A stretch of 63,991 nt of DNA, filler included, from Streblomastix strix (lineage: Eukaryota): NCBI GenBank assembly GCA_008636045.1. It is 3 parts of 3 records of this genome, joined end to end, with 100 filler letters (N's around TTAATTAATTAA, not from the genome) between each part and the next. Parts side by side here need not be neighbours in the genome. Positions count along the whole stretch, not along the records: positions 21,973 to 43,836 come from SNRW01000348.1; positions 43,937 to 63,991 come from SNRW01000462.1; 1 more part is not named here. One strand, written 5' to 3'. The translations under genes were made by a program, and so were the position numbers. The notes under the pieces are model-generated. The model was given only the letters and a program-made list of their open reading frames with translations, ran no database searches and had not been told where the DNA came from. Shown piece after piece: positions 40,214 through 53,767 of the stretch. Every line of letters begins with the position of its first letter. Within the stretch, counting starts at the first letter, position 1.

Positions 40214-43200
40214 TCAATCTATGCAAGTAATAGTTTATAATCTAGAGTAATATATTCTTAAAATTAAAATCATCCAGCAAAGAAAAATAGTTGAGATAGT
40301 TGAATTAAAATTGATAATAAAGATATTAAATTAATTTAGAAATTCATATTTTCTCTTTGAATTTTAGAAAACGCTGAAGTCTATATCAATTACAATTGCA
40401 TTTTCATTCAATATTGCATACGGTTGTTTTGATGCTGTTTAATATGGTTGTTTATATGTTGATTATTATTGTTATTTTTAAAGTGCTGGTTAATATGCAT
40501 ATTATTACTATTAATATTATGTGGATTATTATTAATATAAATTATTCAATTTATTGTAATTTGATCTATTAATAAATTATGAAGATGGATTATCACCATC
40601 TTGAATAGGAATATTAATTAAACTTGAATTCTAACTCAAATTATATTTACTAAATATGTTTATTTGTGGAAAATTATATTATTTATAATATTATTGTTAT
40701 TATTCATCATATAATAAATCTGGTTCCATTCTTTTGTTTGCATCAAATGAATTACTGAATATCTCGCTTCTTAAAAATTTCTTTTCATTTTCTCTTTCTA
40801 CTTTATTTTTCTCAATATTTATTTTTCTATCATAATTTTCAGCTCTATTCATTGATTTCTTTAGTACATGCTTCATTTGAGTTTAATCTTTTATTTGAGC
40901 TACGATTTAGACTTTTACTAATAGTATTACTATTTAAAAACCTTAAATAATTACTACTATTAAAACTATTATTATTATTGAAGCTTCTATTATTAATATC
41001 AGAACTCATTAAATTTCCACTTTTAAGAAAATTATTCCAATATCGATTCCTATTGCTGCTTAAATTATAATAAATCAAATTTTTATACTTTTTTGATCCA
41101 AATATCTTACTTTATCATGACACTCAATATTCCTTCTACATTGTTAATAATTGATATTATTATCTATTCTTCTGCTTGATCTTTCACCTATAAATCCTCA
41201 AACACCTGGAGATATTGAATGTCTTCAAGTTAGTGACAATGAATATTTTAGTGATTCAATGTCAGAATGTTGATCACGAAGTCTATGCGTCAGTATTAAT
41301 TATAGAGATGAATAATCAATACTAATTGAATGAGGTGAATTAAAGAATGAATGTAAATGATCAATTCGTATAAAAGGTGATGTCACATTCATTTTAACAT
41401 CAATTGATGATGATGATGAAGATGGATCAGTAAATTACAATTATTATGATGAAGGTGAGTAAACTGAGTTTGATGATGATCATGGTCGTGATATTGTGAT
41501 TAGTTCTAGTTTAAATAGTGAAATTGGAATTAATACATCAATTGGTCAAATATTTTGATGTGATTTTCTTAGTTAATACGTATCTTATTAATCATAAATT
41601 GGTTATTCAAGAATTCCAGATCCAGTATCGATTTATATACCAATTGGATAATTAGTTTGATTTGATGTAGATATATTTAAAAATATCAAATTCTAATTTT
41701 ATCTATTTTCTCGAACTGCATTCTTGTTTTTCTATGAAGTACTATATTATAAAATTTATTAATTAGATGATTCCGGTTCAGATAATTCACTATCATTAAC
41801 AATATATTCATTCTATCCTGCTAGTTTGTTCAGTGCGAATGGTGAAAATCCTTTTGTGTTGTAGAATTTCAAATCTTCATCTATTTAATTAATCGAATTT
41901 TAATCGAAAACAACAATTTCTGAAAAAAATGAGGTAATTCTACTAAGTATTTGATGCCAGCACTTCCATTTGAAGCGAAACTTGGTGACAGTATGCGCCA
42001 GCTACTGAAAAAGTTGTTATCATCATCGTACTCAAGTCGAGTGAAGGTGTGCATAGGAGAATGGAGTTCGCCATTTTGTAAAATAGATGTTTGCGCTTGC
42101 ATCTACATAATATTCACTTCGCTTGAAAATTTCTAATATAAGAATGAAGTATTCGCACCAGGAAGTGGTTTTGCTTAATCTGGAATTCGTGGAACAGGTG
42201 AGAAATCAGATCTGACGTTTGAGGACCAGTTCGATGCACTTATTCCGGATTGTGGCTGCTTCTTATGATAGAAACTCCATTTTTTGATTTTGAAGGATTG
42301 AACTTTATTCACCGACGAGAATGATAAATTTTTATTCATTGAGAATGATGCATTTGTAGGACTGGATTAGGAAACAGCAATTTTCTGCGTTAATTAAATA
42401 GATCTTCTATCTTGAGGAAATTAAAATTCAACTTTTTGATTATAAATTTGATTTTTATTTGGCTGAGGCGATAGAATTCCCTTTTACATAATGGGATTTT
42501 ATTTGTATGATACGTTCAACCATCTGAGCAAAATCAAATTTAAAATAAAAATTATTCAATGGATAAAAGCTAAATGTGGATTTACCTGCTTTTCACAATC
42601 AGATCAGGATATGACACATGTATGGGAGATGTGCTGCGCTTCATAAAATTGTCTTAAATGTGCAATTAATTCAACTTCTTTCCAAATCAATAAATTACTT
42701 GATATTTGTTTATTCAAACATTTTATTTAATACTTACTACATTATTGAAAATATTCTATAAAAAATTAAACAATATGTATCGATATTGATTTAATTATTC
42801 TTTAGTCTACAACAATGTATTCTTAATGAAAAATAACTATTTTATAATTTAATTAATTTTTGTTCTATGATTAATTAATACGTAAATTTGATTATAAAAT
42901 AATGGATGAGCTGAAAACTATAAATGAAATTTTCTTTGAAAAATTCATATTTTTCACCAATAATATAGATTGAAATTATTGTTTTGTAAATTTATTTATT
43001 TATACCCACATTTTTAACTACGTTTATTAAAATTCAAGAACCAAATATAAACTCAAATACATTTATAACCAACTTCAGTTTTTTTTCTAATTAAAAATCC
43101 AGAAATATTAATAGATAAAAGAAATAATTTTTTGTATAATTATAATTTTATTTCACTTCGTTATATTTTATTCCATATACTAACAAAATTATAAACTATT

Positions 43201-43836
43201 TATTGAAATTATCTGAACATTTGGCATGATATTAATTAAAGATCAATTAAATAACAAAATCTAATTATTTTTATTATAATTAACATTAATTTATTGAAAA
43301 TTTTATTTTATTTTAATTATTACATTTAAACTGTATATATTATTGATTTCAGATGCTTCATACTTAGATTCTAATTTCGCTTCTTTTGAGTCTATCAGTT
43401 GCATTTGGTGAAAATTCATCACTTTCCAATTCAGAGTCTTCATCACATTATAATTCAACACATATATTTCCAGTTGAATATATTCACGCTTCTTCTCACA
43501 TATAATCTAATGCTCCATGTAGATTCAATATCAGTTAATATAACACTGGATCAAATCCTAAAACTGTTACTTCTGCTCTTCAAAGTTCTTGTTCTGAAGG
43601 ATATGAAATAACATTGATGGACTATGCTCATAACGAATATGTAACAATCAATAAAACTAAAAACATTCCTGTTTTCATCTTAAGTGAATAATTAATCCGA
43701 ACAGTTTGGAGTGTAAATTCATCTTCTAATGATATTATTTTACTGATTGAAGGGAATTTATCACTCATGAATCTTGAGTTCAACTTTAATGTTGGTATTG
43801 ATAAAGTAGTTTTCCAAATTATTGGATTCATTAGAT
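40214..43836 (-). CDS. Multi-exon hypothetical membrane protein rich in in-frame TGA; 5' end cut by contig edge
   Basis: The exon from the AG acceptor at 42523 to TGA 40214 is one 770-codon frame if TGA is sense (11 internal TGAs). It has Ser-rich tracts, two hydrophobic segments (41075-40920) and a Gln-rich tail. Exon 43340-43836 has 6 more TGAs; linking it to the same gene is inferred. Confidence 0.55.
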
Positions 43837-43936
43837 NNNNNNNNNNNNNNNNNNNNNNNNNNNNNNNNNNNNNNNNNNNNTTAATTAATTAANNNNNNNN
43901 NNNNNNNNNNNNNNNNNNNNNNNNNNNNNNNNNNNN
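43837..43936. other. Artificial contig linker
   Basis: 44 N + TTAATTAATTAA + 44 N. Confidence 0.98.
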
Positions 43937-44869
43937 ACAACTAACACACTATTCAATCTTAATTCTTAAAACTTGCGATTCTTTGCAAAAAAATAATCAT
44001 GACTTTTTTCTCGATAAATTTTCAATTAACATATATGAAAGACTTCAAAAACCTATGAGTCCGAAGTCATAGATTAACAATTTATTATTAACTCAAAAAT
44101 GACCCCTCAGGGTTTTTTTATAGCATTTTCCAGAAAGGGCGAATTTTTACTCAATACAAAACATCCTTTTTTGCAACACCAACAATCACCTGTATATTTT
44201 GACCCAGGAGGTGTTCCCTTCCAATGACCAGGATGAACTTTAGCGTCATGTACCTGAGAATATTTGGAGTAGGACATTATACCTGATGTAAAATATGAAA
44301 TAATGAAATAAATTACTCATGTTCAATCCCGAATGGTACATTGTTTATTTAATTTAAGTGAAGAATGGAGGTTCGTTTTTAAAATTGGAAATTTTTCATC
44401 AGAAAGAAAGGCATCCATGCTCCAATTAGTACTCATGAAGAAATATCATGATAACAGTTAGCATTATTTAACATGATTTAAATTCGTGTTTGAGATGAAA
44501 TAGAGAAAACGATTTGTTTAAATCATACAATATTTTCATATTAATTGTATCTGGATTAGAATAGTATTAATAAATTAAAGTTAAGAAAAATCGCATATAT
44601 AATATAAGTGATGTCCATAGAGTATTAAAATAAGTGACGTGATTTCCAGAATGATCAAGTTAAATTGATTGAATATTATTTACAATTTGCCAAATATAAA
44701 ATTACTATTTATTAAATAAGACTTTTTAATACTAAAATAGAAAACAATCTTAAATACATAAATCAAATGATAAAACAAATTTCAACATCGAGTTTGGAAT
44801 TATTTCTATTTGAAAACCTAAGTTCTTGCAGGTCTATAAATTATAAATAATTATTTTGTCTTCAAATAA

Positions 44870-47800
44870 TCAAAGCTCAGCTGGAGCATCAACTTCGCGT
44901 ACTTCTGATCCATATTTTGAGCTGAAAACAAGGATCGCATATCGATCTTTTATTCCGCTACTTTTGCTAATACCACTTTCCTGGCTCACTGAAGCATAAT
45001 CGAAGCATCCACGAAGATCAGTGAATCCATCTTTCACAAATTAGCCTTTTCCTCCTGAAATAACTGAATTATTAACTTATTTATATACTTTGATATAGAT
45101 TTGAGGAAGTGGACGTTTATTTGTTGAATGAATAACAACAATACGTCCTGTTCGTTCTTATACTACTATATCCATATTAGAAACAAAGAGAGAAGAAGTC
45201 TTACGAATGCCACAATATTCAGCTTCAACATACGCATTCTTCAATTTCACAGCTTTTGGAACTTCTATGATTGTTTCTTCAGATATAATTTTTTCTTTTG
45301 TTAATTTCAAAGGAACTTTCATTTCAAAGTTTGGTTTCAATACAGAGAAATGATCAGCTGCAGCTTCACGAACAAATGGACTCGTGCTAAACAAAACTTC
45401 TAAATCAACAAAGTGGAATCTAAGAGTCACAGAAGATTCAACTTTTCCACCTTTTTATTTTAGGATAATCTTTCCTTGTTTTGTATCTGTTTCAATATCA
45501 AATGATACATCAACGGAAGAAGAAGATCGAAGAAGTTGTTATCTCTTCAATTCTTGTTCTGCTGCATTATCAATTATATTACTTCCCATATGAACTATTT
45601 AAGAAAGATTTTTTCCCTTTTCAGATTCTTTTATTTTTTCATCTGATATTACTCCATATGCTTTATCAACCTCCTTCAACTATGTTTCAAGTTCTTCAAA
45701 TATCAAACGCCATCTTGTAATTGGGTAGTTCTTATATTTAAATGCAATTGATCGTGCTCGTATAAGTGTAGGAATTGAAATATTCTCATCATTTCCAACA
45801 ATTGAACTGAAATCAAAATAAGCAGTCAAATAATCTCTTTGAATTTGCATTTCTTTAATTTATTGATTATTTTCTGTTGGAATTCTCTAAAATAATGTAT
45901 AAGCTTCTTCAATTCGATCTTAGAGTAATAAATAATAAACAAGTACAAATGAATTTCCTTCATCTAAAAGTTCAGCTCTAATTTTTTGCTATTCAATATT
46001 ATCTATTCTTTTAATTCCTCCACCATGAGCAAGATATAATAAGAATCGTTTATATTAAGTCTTCAAATCTTCATTTGCAATTGTCAATTCTTTATTTGTC
46101 TTGAATGTTCGTGCATTGATTAATGGTCGATATTCAAATATCTGGAATTCATTCCGTTCAACTGGATCAGTAACAAGAATTGGAGTATCAATAGTATCAA
46201 GATTGTTTAAATACGATCTAATTCCACAGCCAGACCATGATAAATATTCTCGTATTATATCAACAGGTCCATAATGGAATAGTGAATATGACCAAATATC
46301 AGGATTGAATATCAATCGTTAATGTAATACATTCACAATACGATTGAATGAGTCTTTATCTTTAAGACGCCATAAGATATCACGAAGGTTAATATCACTC
46401 CGCTTAAGGTTTTCTTCAGATAAAAACTTGCATACAACATCTAATGAACCATTATTGGCTACTTTTATCCAACTCTTCTCATCATCTGAATGGGATGCAG
46501 ATTCTGAAACAACACGAATCTCTCCTTCAGTTCCAACTCCAACTGCAACAAGTTATCCTTTAGATGCTATTTATGCTGGATAATGTGTGAATGTCCCAAT
46601 TTATGGGAAATAGAATGAATATTGTTCAGTGATTGTGTGATATTATTTCAAACTTATTGTTTTTGTTCGAGTGTAGAAACCATTTTTTGTTGGAACTGAA
46701 CCACCAGGAATTTGGAATAGAACATCTACATTCCTATTTATTGGTGATGTATTTGTAAGTACAACTTCACAAATATATCCACGACGTACAATAAGTTCTT
46801 TTTAATCAACAACTTTCCGGATGTTACTATGAGATTCTTCATCATATTCTGTCGGTTCTTGTTGATCAATGAAGAATTCTTATGCAATAATACCAGATAT
46901 TCCTTTTTATTTATTTTTAGTATCAGATTGATCATTATTAATCTTCACTTCTTCTGTTTCTTTAACAAATACAATACACGCAGATTCATTACATTCAATT
47001 ATTCCTTTATTTCTTCCTCCTTCTCTTTCTACTTTCAATTGTGGTTTAACTCGAGTAATAGAAACATCACTCGCTCCAATTGCCATCACAACTTCAGTGA
47101 ATGATGAATGTGCATGAATAATATTAGATGAGATAAATGGAAGTTTATTACATTATTATTATTTATTTTCATCAATAAGAGGTTTCAGTATATATTCTGC
47201 ATAATCAACCCAGAATTAATTCCATGGAATAAGATCTTTTGTTTTTTAATTATGTAGATTATATTCATAATATTAACTCTCTCGATATTCTTTTGTATTC
47301 TCAACTTAACGGAAATGAGCATCAATTTTTGGTTGATGTTCAGATTCATATTCAAAATGTCTGTTTTATGAAGCTTATGGTGCTTTTCTCTTACGATGCT
47401 TAAATTTTTTCTTATCAAAAACATTTTCTTCTTCTTTATCTTCTTCTTCTTCTTCTTCCACTTATGACATCTTTTTATCAGTCATATCTAATTTATACTT
47501 ATTTTCAATAACTCCACTGGTTTTAGAAGTACAAATTAATTCCGTTTGTTCTTCACATTCGCATTCGCATAACATTTCATTTGATTCCATAATCATATCT
47601 TCTTCTTCTTCCATTCTGCCATCATCAATATTCATTTCAAGTTATTCAGTATTATTGGATTAATTTGTACTTTCAAGTCCTGATTTAAGCGCAATTTCAA
47701 ATAATCTTGTCTCTTCTTCTCTATTTGATGGTGAAACATCCAAGTTCTGTTATATTACTTTAAGAAACTCAACGCAAAGATTTTTTGCTTTTGAAATATC

Positions 47801-50800
47801 TTAACCTTTTTTCTTTTAGTTATCTTTATTATTATTTATTTTATCTTCTTCATATTCAGAAAGTGTAAGTTATTCTAAAAGTAAGATTTATTCAAGTGCA
47901 TTCAGTTCTTGGAATTGATCTGAAGCTATATTTCTGTGTAATACTTTAATATCATGTGTTTCCAGTACCAAATGATCAAATAATGTTTTTTCCTTCTTAC
48001 ATTATAAATATGGTGCAATAACTCTATTGAACAGTTCAGGCGATTTGTGCTTATAGAAGAAATGTGTTTCATGACATGCAAACTATGAATAACGAGACAT
48101 TTATTCTACTTCACTTAATTCTCCAAAATTTCCAAATAATTCTCCAAATAATTAAAGTTTCTTATTTTTGCCTTATAAGCCAATTCTTCTCGATTCTTAT
48201 GTGCATATTGATTGCATCAATCGAATAAGACCAGGCAAACTGTTGTATGTTTCATATTATGCTGATGATAAATCTTCTAATACTCGCGAAGATGATATTT
48301 TATCTATATAACTTTTATTTTATTCCTTTAAATCTGATATTTATCCAAACTAAGACAATTTATCAGTTTTTAATCTATCTTATGTAAGAATAGTTTGTGG
48401 AATAAGAAGAAATGTTTGTCGAGCTTCAATGAAATGAATAGATGGATCATGAGGGTGAAGAAGACGCATATCGCGAATTAATAATTAATCACTTTATTAT
48501 TATTTTAATAATCCTTTTTCTTTTTCTTTCTCTTTTTATTATTCTTTATCTTTAAATTTCTCAATTGGCTTTTGATTACTAACTGCAATTGTTTGTGAAA
48601 CCAATCTAGTATCATCTGTAGCGACTATAGTCAGTGCACAATGACCGAGAAGTATCGCAGATGAAGGAAGAATTAATCTGCATCTTCCAGATCCATCAGA
48701 AATATCAGGTGGTTTTTGATTGATAACAACAGTTGCGCAGTTTACTAGAAAATCAATATTCTTTGAATCTTCAGTATTTATCTTCCATTGTGAGTATCCT
48801 TCATTCTAATTATTATTATATCCATATCTACTTCCTGAATATGGAATTTTTCTTGCATAGACTTTTTAATCAACAACTTTGTTCATACTTACTCTTCCTC
48901 CTGCTTAATTAATTGCTTTATCAAACTTATCTCCATATACAATTGCTTCTTCATGTCTAATAGTCTCTTTATTAACAACTGGATTCAGAAGAACAGATGG
49001 AGTAGAAAGTGTGTTTCCTAATCGATCTTCACATTGACGTCTGTTCAGAATATACAATTCTTCAGTTCCAAGTTGTTTATCTGATACATACTAGCTTATA
49101 GGTTGTTTATATTCCCAAATTATTCCTTATTTCAATTCAAGCCCAGTTAATAGTGTTTAAGGATGGAATACAGCTTCGAATCTTCTTGCAAATGCATGGA
49201 CACGAGTTGAAGGAGTTACTCCAACAATATCAACAGAAACACTTCCATCTTCTTATTATTATACATTGGCAATTCCAACAGCTTATTATCCTGATCCAGA
49301 TAAACCTCCCTGCCCAATTCTTCTGACTCCAAATATATAATCAGTTATCTCTGCTTATTATTATTGTTTTGATATTGGGTATGTTGATGATGAAGATGTT
49401 TATATTGGTTTTATTGATGGTTATGATAGAATTTGTTTCATATACGATTATGGTTATTTTGGCAATATTTGAGGTGAGGATTATTTTGGACTGGTTTATG
49501 TTTGTGTTTATTTAGGCTAATTTAACGATGAAGATAATTTTGGTTAACTTGATGATAATGATAATTTTTATTAATTTAAGGATTAAACTTTTGTAGGTTA
49601 TTTTGGAGATGGTTATATTTTAATGTTTTATGATTATTTTGAAGGTTTTTATTTATAAGGTTCAATAAGTGATATTGATACATTTCTTCCTGTTTTCCAA
49701 TCAAATAGTTTATAATCGCCAGCAATAAGTGATTAACTCAAAATCAATCTTCCATTATCATATTTAATATCTTTTGTGAATTCTTTTATTCCAATTCTTT
49801 ATGAATTAATAAGAATCAATGTTACCATTTTGGATTCATTTTCAGATCCAAAGTATGGAACAAATAAAAGTTATCCAGAAATTCCAACAATCTTTTCAGT
49901 AAAATTTGTCTAATCTTAATTAGACAAATTTTCTTCAATTCCATCTCCTCCATTTTCATGTTTTGGAAGAAAGAATCTCTTATTCAAACTTTCTCCAGTT
50001 CCACCAACACTCATATTTATATCAAATAATGAAATATCATTCAAAGATCCTAATTGTATCTCACCTTTAGAATCAGTCATTAATCTGATGTCCTTAATTG
50101 GTTTTCCTTATGATGCATTCCATCCAAAGTTGAATGTTATAACTTGATCTTCAACAGCTTCTCCTGATTTTCCAAATATATTCAAAGTATATTCTCGTTT
50201 ATTATGATTCTATATTAGTAATTCATTATTCAATCGAAGTTCAGCATGAATAATTGAATCACTATCATCAATACTATTGATTTGGAATGACCGACTGCTA
50301 CTAACATCAACTCTTCTACCAAGATCTGAATAAACTTGAACTCGTCCTTATACTGAAACTTCCAATGAGCGAAGTCCTTCAGGAATAAGTACTTCAACAA
50401 CTGTCAATTCTCCATCAATAAATTTAAGTCCATCAAATCTCTTTGTTGTTGCGACTCCATCTGATCCTGTTGCTAATGTAACTGTCACTGAAACACTTTC
50501 AACAAGACTAACAGATGCTGCAACTCCATTGCATTGTAGTTGAGGTCTAATTAGAATGTGTGATGTATTAAATGAAATCAGTTCTTCTCGCTCTACAAAG
50601 ATTCCTGCTTTAAACGAATACGTTTCTTAAAGGTGCTCAAAATCAATAAGTGATGAAAAACTAGAAGTTTCATCTGTTATTACAACTTTCTTTGATACAA
50701 TTCCATTTCCTTCAGTTGTATATGGAATAAAAAATTCTCCTTCTCTTAAAGGTCCCAAAAATTTAATTTTCTTTTTAATTTATTATGTTTCATCATTCTT

Positions 50801-52624
50801 ATCTTTATCATTAGAAGAAGAAATATCAGATTCGTTTCTACTTTATTCCAATTGACGATTTCCAAATCTTTTCCCATCAATCCAAACAGCACCATGAACC
50901 ACTGGACTATTTTATTCATCGACAATTCTTATTGCATGCCCATCAACAGTTGATCTGCTGATTAATCTCAATTATCCTTTTCTAATCACAGCTCGGCTTG
51001 TAAGACCTCCTCCATATACAACTACTATAAATACTCCTCGAATTCCTTTTCCTTACGCTGCTTTAGGTTTTATTGTTATTCTTTTTCTTATTGCTGATGG
51101 AATTTCACTGAAATCGATTTCTTATTCTTCATTTGCAACTAATCCTTCTAAGTCAATATTTGATCCTATTTCGTCATTACATTATAGATAGTATGCAAGA
51201 GTACTTACTTCAAACATTTTCACAGTAAGTTTATCACCAATGTTCTTAACACGCAATCCAAGTTCGACTGTTTCATCAGATGCTCTAAATATGCGTTAAC
51301 TTTAAATTTCAAATGTTAATTCAACTCTTTTTGTAATTTCATCTATAAATCTTGAATCATCATTCTGAATTTAACATTCTGGATTATTGGAAGAAGCTTC
51401 TTAAGAATTAAAATGTCCATTCAATAATTATGCTTCGAGTAAAGAATGTTTGAGAACTGATGGTCGAATTAAATCAGTAAAATCTTTTTCATTGTTCAAT
51501 TCACTCAAGAAATGAACCAGTAATTCTTTAATAAGCATTTCTTAATTGATTTATTAAGAAGCAATTTTGGCTTAACTAATAATCTATCCAACTCCTGGAT
51601 CAAATTAATATTCAGTTCTTCGTATTCGATTATTTCCGGATTTTTCAGTTTCTTCACGTCCAAGAATCCAAATTCCACTTTAAGGGATTGAAAGATATTG
51701 AATAAACTTCTCTTTGGTTGGAAATCCATCTTTCCCCGATCCAGCTCTTCTGATCCATTCAAATTATAGACATTCAAACATCAATGCTGATTTGGTTCCT
51801 GATAATGATACAGGTAATCGTTATGCAATATTCCAAAACTTTTCATACAATCTTTGAGCTGCTACAATATCTGTATCTAAATCTTCTTCCGATGTCCCAA
51901 ATTATCCTTTTAGTAATGATAACACAAACGAATGTTCACCAAGAACGCTCTTTTATGCTTTTGCTATTTATTCCAATTACTCAACAGATAATTATAGAGT
52001 TATATCATCACAATTTCCTTTTTATTGTAAATAGTCAAGAATATATGCTACAGTTAAAGGGTGTGTGCATGATGGGAGATCATTGATGTATTGCAACAAT
52101 TAATATTTCTCCATTTTCATCTTTGGCATATACCATTTACCATATGTTGTAAGTTATGATACGAAATCTTCATCTTTTTTCAATATTCCAATTTATTTAT
52201 CTAGAGTAACAATTTATTAATCTAACTTTGATGGAAACTTCTCAGAATTGGCTGAACTATTTGGACCTGAAATTTCATTACGAACATGTTGGAATTTCAG
52301 ATGAAGCATCTCATCTCGGAGGAAATTTATGATTTCTTTCTTGCGAGCTTCATTCGATCCTTCATATGACAGAATGTTTCGACGTAATGCCATTTATTTA
52401 ACTATTCTACTTCCTGCGCCATATTATTTAGTCATTGCAGCTGAAAGACGCTTTTCTTCAGTGCTAGTTTACATTGGATTAGATAGTTACTCATTCAATA
52501 TAGCAAAGTAGAAATATTCTTCAGAAGTCGGTGTAAGTTTACCAAGGGCTTTTTGTCTTTCGGTAGTATTTAATGCAAAAACAAATGCTTCAAGAAATTC
52601 TAATTCAACTGAGTCAACAGTCAT
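44870..52624 (-). CDS. 2584-aa intronless protein resembling Dictyostelium AbpF and large bacterial hypothetical proteins
   Basis: Single frame ATG 52624 to TGA 44870 with no internal TGA (scanned by hand). Motifs ERQKALGKLTPTSEEYFYF, ILWRLKDKDSF...IWSYSLFH and FVKDGFTDLRGCFDYASVS...ILVFSSKYGSEVREV. Family call is from motif recall only. Confidence 0.85.
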
Positions 52625-53767
52625 AGCTAATAATAATTATTCTACAAAAGAAAGGAAGAAAAAAGCTGAAAAATTTTTCACTTTCGTAAAAACGTCAAAA
52701 AATGCATATTGAGAAAAATTTAAAATAAAGAATGAAGAATTTAAATCATAAATTGATTATAAAAAATGAGGTCCCCACTTGGGGTTAGAAAAATTTGTTG
52801 TATCAATATGATAATGAAAGTGTAGATCTAGATAAAAATTTAAGAGTGAAAAAAATTTTCCTTTAAAACTAATTGTATAAAAATATATAATTTTCTGGAT
52901 ACTTATCAGTTATAGGATAAAACAAAAGAAAACTTAATTTAATTTTTAAAATATATTATTCAAACAAAAATAGCTCTGAAAATAAGAAAAGATTCTTGAA
53001 ATGCACTTATCATATATAATCTGTAAATTTTATTTGTATTGATAGCAAATTATGCATATTACTTAATATATTTGCAAATAATTAAATTTTAAAATTCAGA
53101 TAAGTTGTTATGCAATTTTTTATTATTTTGTTGAATAATGGCATGGTACTATTTTTATTATTTTAATTTATAAATTAAATAAATAAATAATAATATATTT
53201 GTTAAGTATTTTATATTTATTTGAAACTTGGTTGTATACATGTGAGGTTATTGATCTTTTAATTTTAACATTTTGCATCACTAGTGTATATAATTCAAGC
53301 ATCTATATCTATGTTTAACATTATATTCTGTAATAAAACTTCATATATGCATAAAATATTATATTTATTTAAAATGTAACTTTAATGCAGAAAAAATTAT
53401 AACTCAATAAAAATTTTCTTCGTTTTAAAACAACAACATCTTCCTAAAGTATAAAAACGATTTATAAATAATCTACAAATCCAGAATATATGTATTCTTT
53501 CCTTTAATATAATTTTAGTTATTGTTTAATTTTCGAGGTACTTATACTATTATAAATGCAATTTATCTTTGCCAAATTCTCTTAAAATAAAAAACTTATT
53601 TTACAATTGAAATTCTTACTCAAATATAATATTATTTTCTTAAAATATTTTTTTTCGACACTTATTTAAACAAATGTATGATTTTTTAATTTTAATTATT
53701 TTTAAAGCAATTTTTTGCATCATTAGCAATTTATTATTATTATTTTTTTTTTCATCTTAAGAAACGT

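Noticed and set aside
44100..44460. Short GC-richer minus-strand exons (VHDAKVHPGHWKGTPPGS...)
   Set aside because: No coherent gene model or recognisable family.
51505..51777. Protein-like ORF MNVYNLNGSEEL...
   Set aside because: It is out of frame with the continuous 44870-52624 gene, whose frame gives KFIQYLSIP here.
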